Source of the DNA: an uncultured archaeon | GTDB taxonomy: Archaea; Asgardarchaeota; Jordiarchaeia; Jordiarchaeales; Jordiarchaeaceae | Length of the DNA: 32,000 bases | Direction: 5' to 3' | Assembly: GCA_964510585.1 (NCBI GenBank) | Contig: CAZECW010000187.1 | Coordinates: forward strand, 30,001-62,000 | Shown here: positions 26,623 through 32,000 of the stretch, piece after piece | Numbering within the stretch: the first letter of the stretch is position 1 | Layout: every line of letters starts with the position of its first letter | The notes under the pieces: model-generated | Seen by the model: only the letters and a program-made list of their open reading frames with translations | What the model was told of the DNA's origin: nothing | The model's database searches: none | Translations under genes and position numbers: made by a program

Positions 26623-28162
26623 CATAAAAAAAATACTGGAAAAAGCGGAGCAAGACTATGAAAAAGCTTGGATTGAAACAAAAAATCTACTCACAATAAA
26701 GGGCCGAAAATTCAAATTGGAGCCTAAGGGCGCACCAAATCCCATAATTGAATTTAACAGCTTGGTTAGACGGGTTCTAATCGAAATGGGATTCGAGGAA
26801 GTTGTACTTCCCATGATAGTTAAGGAATCCGACGTCTACCAAGAATACGGTCCAGAGGCTCCAGTCATACTTGACAGACTCTTCTATTTAGCCGGACTCC
26901 CAAGGCCCGACATTGGTCTAGGTGCTGATTCAATCAAAAAAATTAGGGAAATCGTGCCCGATTTTGATAAAGTTAAGGAGTTACAGGATATTCTGAGACG
27001 GTACAAAAAGAATGAGATAGAGTCAGACGACCTAGTTGAAACCATGGTTACGGAGCTGGGAGTCAGAGAAGAACAGGCCACGAGTATTTTGGATAATGTT
27101 TTTTTGGAGTTTAAGGAGAGAAAACCGGTTCCCACAGATTTGACTTTAAGGTCACATATGTCTGCGCTTTGGTTTCCAGTCCTCTCCGCGGTTATGAATA
27201 AGTGGAAACTTCCGATACAGCTTTTCACCATAGGAAGAAAATTCAGGAGAGAGCAGAGGTTAGACGCCACCCACCTTTATTCCTCCTACACCGCATCCTT
27301 TGTAATCATGGCGGAAGAAATAACCTTGGAGGATGGTATGGAAATTGTTAGAGACTTTCTGAGAAGGACAGGCTTCCAAGAAGTAGATTTCAGGTTTAAA
27401 AAGGCAACCTCAAAGTACTATGCTCCCCAAACAGAGTTTGAAATATTTGTCAGACATCCCAAATCTGGAGATTGGCTGGAAGTAGGAGACAGTGGTTTCT
27501 ACTCGCCAGTAAGCCTCGCGAAGTTTGGTATAGAATACCCCGTACTAAATGCCGGCTTTGGAATAGAAAGATTTGTTATGATAAAAACTGGAGAAACAGA
27601 CATCCGAAGGCTTTCCTATCCCTACTTCTACAAAGACGTAGGATTTACTGATGAGGAAATAGCTGAGGGAATCTATATTGAAGAGAAGCCGCAAACCGAA
27701 ACTGGGAGAAAAATTATGCAGGAGCTGATTAAAACCGCCGAGGCTCATAGAGATGCGGAGGCCCCCTGTGAATTCGTAGCTTGGAGTGGAACAATTGATG
27801 GGAAAAAGGTTTCAGTCAAAATATTGGAAAAAGATAAGGATACAAAACTTTTGGGACCAGCCATCCTAAACCGAATATACGTCTATGACGGAAACATACT
27901 GGGCCTACCAGAAGAAAAGGCAGTGGGAACACCAACAAACATCCGCTATCTGGACGCTTTAGGAGCCTATGCAGCGCGGAGAATCGAAGAAATGATAGAA
28001 AAAAATGAGAAAAACCTAGAACTGAGAATAAGAATAGCAAAAAAGGCCTCCGACGTCAATATAGGGGTAACCACTCCAGTAAGGCATTTCATAACTTCAA
28101 AAAGCAAAAAGATAGACATAAGAGGACCAGTATTCTTCACTGTATCCGCATCTGTAGAATAG
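26612..28162 (+). CDS. sepS: O-phosphoseryl-tRNA(Cys) synthetase (SepRS), apparent ACG start
   Basis: GPEA..ILDR.FYLAGLPRPDIG, LRSHM, FRREQ..DATHL, SKYY.P, YSP, GFGIERF. The frame extends 35 codons upstream of the track's TTG 26717 as (ACG)KFDIKKILEKAEQDYEKAWIET, the typical SepRS N-terminus. Confidence 0.93.
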   Translation, partial: TKFDIKKILEKAEQDYEKAWIETKNLLTIKGRKFKLEPKGAPNPIIEFNSLVRRVLIEMGFEEVVLPMIVKESDVYQEYGPEAPVILDRLFYLAGLPRPDIGLGADSIKKIREIVPDFDKVKELQDILRRYKKNEIESDDLVETMVTELGVREEQATSILDNVFLEFKERKPVPTDLTLRSHMSALWFPVLSAVMNKWKLPIQLFTIGRKFRREQRLDATHLYSSYTASFVIMAEEITLEDGMEIVRDFLRRTGFQEVDFRFKKATSKYYAPQTEFEIFVRHPKSGDWLEVGDSGFYSPVSLAKFGIEYPVLNAGFGIERFVMIKTGETDIRRLSYPYFYKDVGFTDEEIAEGIYIEEKPQTETGRKIMQELIKTAEAHRDAEAPCEFVAWSGTIDGKKVSVKILEKDKDTKLLGPAILNRIYVYDGNILGLPEEKAVGTPTNIRYLDALGAYAARRIEEMIEKNEKNLELRIRIAKKASDVNIGVTTPVRHFITSKSKKIDIRGPVFFTVSASVE

Positions 28163-28244
28163 ATAAAATTTTTTCCTCCCTAAAATGAATTCTGTTCAGA
28201 AGGCTACGCAAAAGGTATTAAACTAAGAAGCAATATTCTGTTTA

Positions 28245-28952
28245 ATGTTCGGAAGACTTGATTTGAATGAGGGTCAATCCTTGGAAGAGGAGCTCTGGTT
28301 TACTTTATTCACACTGGCAAGAATGGGAGCCCAGTCAAAAACCTTAGAGATATCCTCCACCCAGCTGGGTAAAAAAATGAATATAAGTCAGCAAACTGCC
28401 TCCCGACGCTTACAACAGCTGGAGGAAAAGGGTTGGCTAACCAGAGAAATAACGAGAAGAGGCCAGTTTGTCCGACTAACGGATCAAGGGATTAACATGC
28501 TCTTAGAAATATATTTGTGGCTGCAAACAATTTTTGATAAGAAGCCCCCGGTTCTCATCATTGAGGGTGAATTATTTAGTGGAATGCGTGAAGGAGGCTA
28601 CTATATCTCTGTTAATGGTTATAAGAAACAGTTTAAGGAAAAACTGGGCTTCGAACCCTACCCGGGAACCCTAAACCTGAGGCTAAAATCTTACTCGGAT
28701 CTTCAAGCCAAAAAAATGTTACAAAAACAACCCGGAATTATGATCGAACAGTTTGAGAATAAGGGAAGAACCTTTGGCGCCGTCAAAATGTTCAAAACTC
28801 TTATCAACGAAAAAGTAGAGGGAGCGGTGTTACTAATTCAACGCACCCACTATGGCGAAGATGTTTTAGAGGTAGTGGCACCAGAATATCTCCGGGAAAA
28901 ATTGAACCTCAAAGACGGAGACAAAATTCGACTGAGAATATCTCTCACCTAA
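28245..28952 (+). CDS. ribK: CTP-dependent riboflavin kinase with N-terminal winged HTH (RbkR-type)
   Basis: ISST.LG....SQQTASRRL..LE..G; G...SG..EG.YY, LGFEPYPGTLN, RTHY, EVVAP..LR..L.LKDGD. Confidence 0.95.
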   Translation: MFGRLDLNEGQSLEEELWFTLFTLARMGAQSKTLEISSTQLGKKMNISQQTASRRLQQLEEKGWLTREITRRGQFVRLTDQGINMLLEIYLWLQTIFDKKPPVLIIEGELFSGMREGGYYISVNGYKKQFKEKLGFEPYPGTLNLRLKSYSDLQAKKMLQKQPGIMIEQFENKGRTFGAVKMFKTLINEKVEGAVLLIQRTHYGEDVLEVVAPEYLREKLNLKDGDKIRLRISLT

Positions 28953-29075
28953 GATGGGGAGTTAACCTAACCTCCAAAAATTGCTAAATCCACCACAAAA
29001 AATAAAACAATTAGACATTCTTCAGTCTAATTGCAAAAACTCCAGCAATTTTTATGGGCAAAGCAGGGAGAAAGA

Positions 29076-29555
29076 ATGAGTAATCCAGGAAAGAGAGTTA
29101 TGGCCTTTGGAACATTCGACTTGGTACATGTGGGGCATATAAAGTTCTTTGAAGAAGCCAAGAAACTCGGAGGTAAAAACTCAGAGTTAATAGTTGTCAT
29201 TTCCAGGGATAGCAATGTTCTAAAAATGAAAAAGCGTCCTCCAATTTTTAATGAGGAGGAGAGGAAGACTGTTGTTCAAGCACTAAAACCAGTAGATAAA
29301 GCAATACTGGGACACGAAGGAGAAGATATGCTTCAGATCGTTAAAGAGAACAACCCCGACATAATAGTCTTGGGCTACGATCAAAGAATAGAGCCTGAAG
29401 AGTTTCAAAAATTCAAACAGGAGCTAAAAGAGAAAGGAATCAACGCTAAAGTCGTCCGCCTCCCGAAATACGGCACTGGATTAAACAGCTCAACCATCAT
29501 TGTGAAGAAAATACTTGAAAGAAACAAAAACAATTTTAAAAATGAGGAAAAATAA
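29076..29555 (+). CDS. ribL: Archaeal FAD synthase (cytidylyltransferase-like)
   Basis: AFGTFDLVHVGH (HxGH), VVISRD, ALKPVDKAILG, PDII.LGYDQ, SSTII. Follows ribK; ATG 29076 preferred. Confidence 0.88.
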   Translation: MSNPGKRVMAFGTFDLVHVGHIKFFEEAKKLGGKNSELIVVISRDSNVLKMKKRPPIFNEEERKTVVQALKPVDKAILGHEGEDMLQIVKENNPDIIVLGYDQRIEPEEFQKFKQELKEKGINAKVVRLPKYGTGLNSSTIIVKKILERNKNNFKNEEK

Positions 29556-29632
29556 ATCCCCAAAATAAATCAAACCGAAATAATTACTCATCTTCTTTAT
29601 TTTGTTTAACGATTAATCATTTTAATCCTCGT

Positions 29633-30421
29633 GTGGGAGAATTCTTGAAAACCATAAAAATTAAGGAAGGCTTACCCATATCCGAAATTTTGAAAAAGTA
29701 TCCCGATCTGGTAAGACCCTGTTTAATATCCCAGAATCCCCCAAAAATTGATCTCAAAAACAGAGACGCCTTGGCAGTTTACAATAAACTAGTCGCTCGT
29801 GAAATCTTGAGAGTTGAACTATCCCTACATCCAAAAGCCCTAGTACCCTCCATAATGAGCCGGCTGGAATTCGTTAAACTAACGGTGAAACCCCATGAAA
29901 CTGTGCTAGATGTGGGAACGGGATCAACTGCGATATGTGCCATAATAGCCGCCAAAATATTAGGCGCCAAAGTTTACGCCACAGAAATGGTTGAAGAATA
30001 TTACTTAAATGCTCACATAAACATAATCCAGAACTCTTTACAAGATAGAATACAGCTAGTCAAGTCCTCAGGCCAAATCATTGATGGAGTCATCCCAGAG
30101 GACTTAAATTTCGACGCCATCATAAGCACCCCTCCATACCTCCCCTCAAAAGTAAAACCCTTAGGCAAAAAATTCGGGGGCAGCGCAGAAGAATTATTAG
30201 GCGGTGGCAAAACGGGAGCCGAGTTTTCGCTAAAATTGATAAAACAGGGAGCCCCTCACCTAAAAAGGGGCGGTAGAATAGGACTAATCATACCTATGAA
30301 AAAGGAAACAGTTGCAGAATGCATAACACACGCCATGAAGGAGGAGAAATTACGTGTACAAAATATTCGCCTAATAACTGGCAACAGAGAACGCCGCATC
30401 ATAATCGGAAAGAAAAATTAA
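29633..30421 (+). CDS. RlmF/METTL16-like SAM-dependent RNA adenine methyltransferase
   Basis: IDL.N..AL..YN, LVP...SRL.F, LDVGTG..AI, FD.IISTPPY, GG...F. Confidence 0.75.
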   Translation: MGEFLKTIKIKEGLPISEILKKYPDLVRPCLISQNPPKIDLKNRDALAVYNKLVAREILRVELSLHPKALVPSIMSRLEFVKLTVKPHETVLDVGTGSTAICAIIAAKILGAKVYATEMVEEYYLNAHINIIQNSLQDRIQLVKSSGQIIDGVIPEDLNFDAIISTPPYLPSKVKPLGKKFGGSAEELLGGGKTGAEFSLKLIKQGAPHLKRGGRIGLIIPMKKETVAECITHAMKEEKLRVQNIRLITGNRERRIIIGKKN

Positions 30422-30436
30422 CCCTTCAAAAAACTT

Positions 30437-31237
30437 TTACCTTTCAAGTATCATCTTTGGCGCCCCCGCAAGCTTCACCAGAGCCTCAGCCTCCTTAAAA
30501 TGAAGTTTCCCAGTAACTATGAGAATGTGTGGAGGGGAACCAAAGTCAAAAGAAATTAAATCATCTAAAAAACCAGCCTTCACCAATGGTTCTGGTGATC
30601 CTGCCCTCGCGATTCCCACCAAAACAGCCTCTTTGAGAACCTGCCTCCTTTTTTTACTGTCAAAATAATTCAAAAACTCCAAACCCTCCTTGACCGTCAT
30701 ATAACGAGATGTGTCGGCCCTAATGTCCAGATAAACAAGCGTATGGAGTCCTCTGAGCCTGTTCTTCCTAACCACAAGGTAGGGGGACTCGGGAAAATAG
30801 TTGGCTTCGGGAAAAGGTATGCTTACCGAGTTTCCAAACTTATAATTGGCCAATCCACAAACACTGGGGGCAGCAGAGAGAATAGAAGCCGCATGAACAA
30901 TTTTAGTATCTATGCCCATATTTATTGCACGCAGCCTCAAATCAACATGAGTAGTGGATATCAAAGGATCGCCTGGAACCAGAAAAGCGACGTATCCTTC
31001 TTGTGCGTCGCGCAAAATGGATTCATGAGGATTCTCCTCTACCTCCCTTCTTGATAGTACATTAATCTTCTTGCCCACCAATTTTTCCAAGGTCTTAAGG
31101 TTAAGACCTCCCATAAAGCTGGTGTAAAACTCGGCGTAAATCTTGTCGGCTTTTCGTGCCTCCTCCAAACCCCTGAGCGTCAAATCATACTCATTCCACA
31201 ATCCTAAACCAATAAACACCAGCTTACCCAATTTCAA
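30437..31237 (-). CDS. dph5: Diphthine synthase
   Basis: L.FIGLGL, AEFYTS, GDP.ISTTH.DL.LRA, GL.NYKFG..VSIP, GLHTLVYLD, FGSPPH.LIV.GKLHF.E.E.L. Confidence 0.96.
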   Translation of the reverse strand: MKLGKLVFIGLGLWNEYDLTLRGLEEARKADKIYAEFYTSFMGGLNLKTLEKLVGKKINVLSRREVEENPHESILRDAQEGYVAFLVPGDPLISTTHVDLRLRAINMGIDTKIVHAASILSAAPSVCGLANYKFGNSVSIPFPEANYFPESPYLVVRKNRLRGLHTLVYLDIRADTSRYMTVKEGLEFLNYFDSKKRRQVLKEAVLVGIARAGSPEPLVKAGFLDDLISFDFGSPPHILIVTGKLHFKEAEALVKLAGAPKMILER

Positions 31238-31304
31238 GCACCTAAACAGGCCGATGATCGCAAAAATACTTGGAACAATTAAGATTTAATCATTGCTTCA
31301 ACAG

Positions 31305-31712
31305 TTAACTCTCCATTATGGGCATGAAAACCGCTTTCACCTGCTGGATTCCTCTGATTCCCCTCACTCTGCCCATTAAATCTAGAAGTCTCTTAGAATC
31401 GCCTTCGGCAATGAGAATCTCCAAACAATATTGATCCTTTATATGTCTATGTATGTTCTCAATTATGATGTCGTCAAACTCGTGGCGAATCTCTGAGATT
31501 CTGTTCTCCACATCTTTCCTCTTATACTCACTAGTGATCATTATGGTGGCCGCGGATTTTTCCTCCCCCAACTTATTAATCTCTGACTCCGCTATTAGAT
31601 TGCGAATGGCGTCTCTGAAAGCTTCGGATCTGCTGTAGTATCCTCTGTTCTCCATGAATTTCTCAAACTGTGACAATAACTCTTCAGGCAGGGTTATGCT
31701 AACTACAGTCAT
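31305..31712 (-). CDS. nikR: NikR-type nickel-responsive RHH regulator
   Basis: RHH VSITLP..L...FE......GY.SRSEA.RDAIR; C-terminal RHEF...IHRH....CLE retains the His/His/His/Cys nickel site. Confidence 0.9.
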   Translation of the reverse strand: MTVVSITLPEELLSQFEKFMENRGYYSRSEAFRDAIRNLIAESEINKLGEEKSAATIMITSEYKRKDVENRISEIRHEFDDIIIENIHRHIKDQYCLEILIAEGDSKRLLDLMGRVRGIRGIQQVKAVFMPIMES

Positions 31713-31831
31713 TCAAAACCACCAATAATATTAACTAATTACATTAAAATTAATATCTTATTAATATTTTTCCATTATTTTTTGGCATTAAGTTAATATA
31801 ATTGTTGTTTATTGGTTTTTTGGGAATCTTC

Positions 31832-32000
31832 ATGGAAAAAAGACGAGACCAAGGAACAGAGTGCCACGAGGTCTGCGAACTAGAAGGAGTGCATTGCGCT
31901 GATTGCGCGGAGAGAATTGAGAGGGTGCTCTCCACTTTAGAGGGGGTTACCCGTTCAGAGGTTAATTTTGCTGCAAAAACCCTTACAATCGATTATGATA
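31832..32000 (+). CDS. Heavy-metal-associated (HMA) domain protein, partial; likely N-terminus of a P1B-ATPase or a metallochaperone
   Basis: Manual translation MEKRRDQGTECHEVCELEGVHCADCAERIERVLSTLEGVTRSEVNFAAKTLTIDYD, with the G-x-x-C-x-x-C HMA motif. Runs off the window end and is absent from the ORF track. Confidence 0.88.
   Translation, partial: MEKRRDQGTECHEVCELEGVHCADCAERIERVLSTLEGVTRSEVNFAAKTLTIDYD

Noticed and set aside
26602-26633. Programmed frameshift fusing translin to SepRS (GGGAAAA and A8 runs)
   Set aside because: A fusion needs a +1 shift, while the heptamer is phased for a -1 shift out of the sepS frame. An SD followed by ACG at the expected Met position is the simpler explanation.
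1-32000. CRISPR arrays, rRNA/tRNA genes, defence islands, Sec/Pyl recoding
   Set aside because: No regularly spaced repeats, no structural RNA signatures and no internal stops in conserved genes were seen by eye; a covariance-model scan was not possible.

Overview
This is an archaeal core-genome window, TACK/Asgard-like. Asgard is my best guess, inferred from the Sec61-beta, SepRS, RPA, L40e and stand-alone 7TM protein types, not from a search. It holds about 36 protein genes. Replication/repair: nucS, 4-OB RPA. Translation and RNA modification: rpl40e (missed by the ORF track), taw1, sepS, dph5, an RlmF/METTL16-like methylase, translin. Carbon and energy: ackA, sucCD, folD, purH, cooC. Flavin: ribK-ribL. 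Regulators: three Lrp/AsnC modules, a KaiC-like ATPase, and NikR facing an HMA-domain gene cut by the window end. One intact IS1634 element (16-bp IRs, 6-bp target duplication) is present. I found no tRNA, rRNA or CRISPR array and no clearly novel multi-gene system. The best leads are single-locus: (1) a small membrane protein that aligns without gaps to both eukaryotic DPM2 and PIG-P; (2) a sepS gene whose conserved N-terminus begins at ACG, a change that is silent in the overlapping translin gene; (3) a bacterial-type acetate kinase; (4) a probably inactive PD-(D/E)xK-fold protein in the taw1-cooC operon; (5) a kilobase-scale G+T/A+C skew that switches inside genes. Protein comparisons rely on recalled family motifs and need database confirmation.
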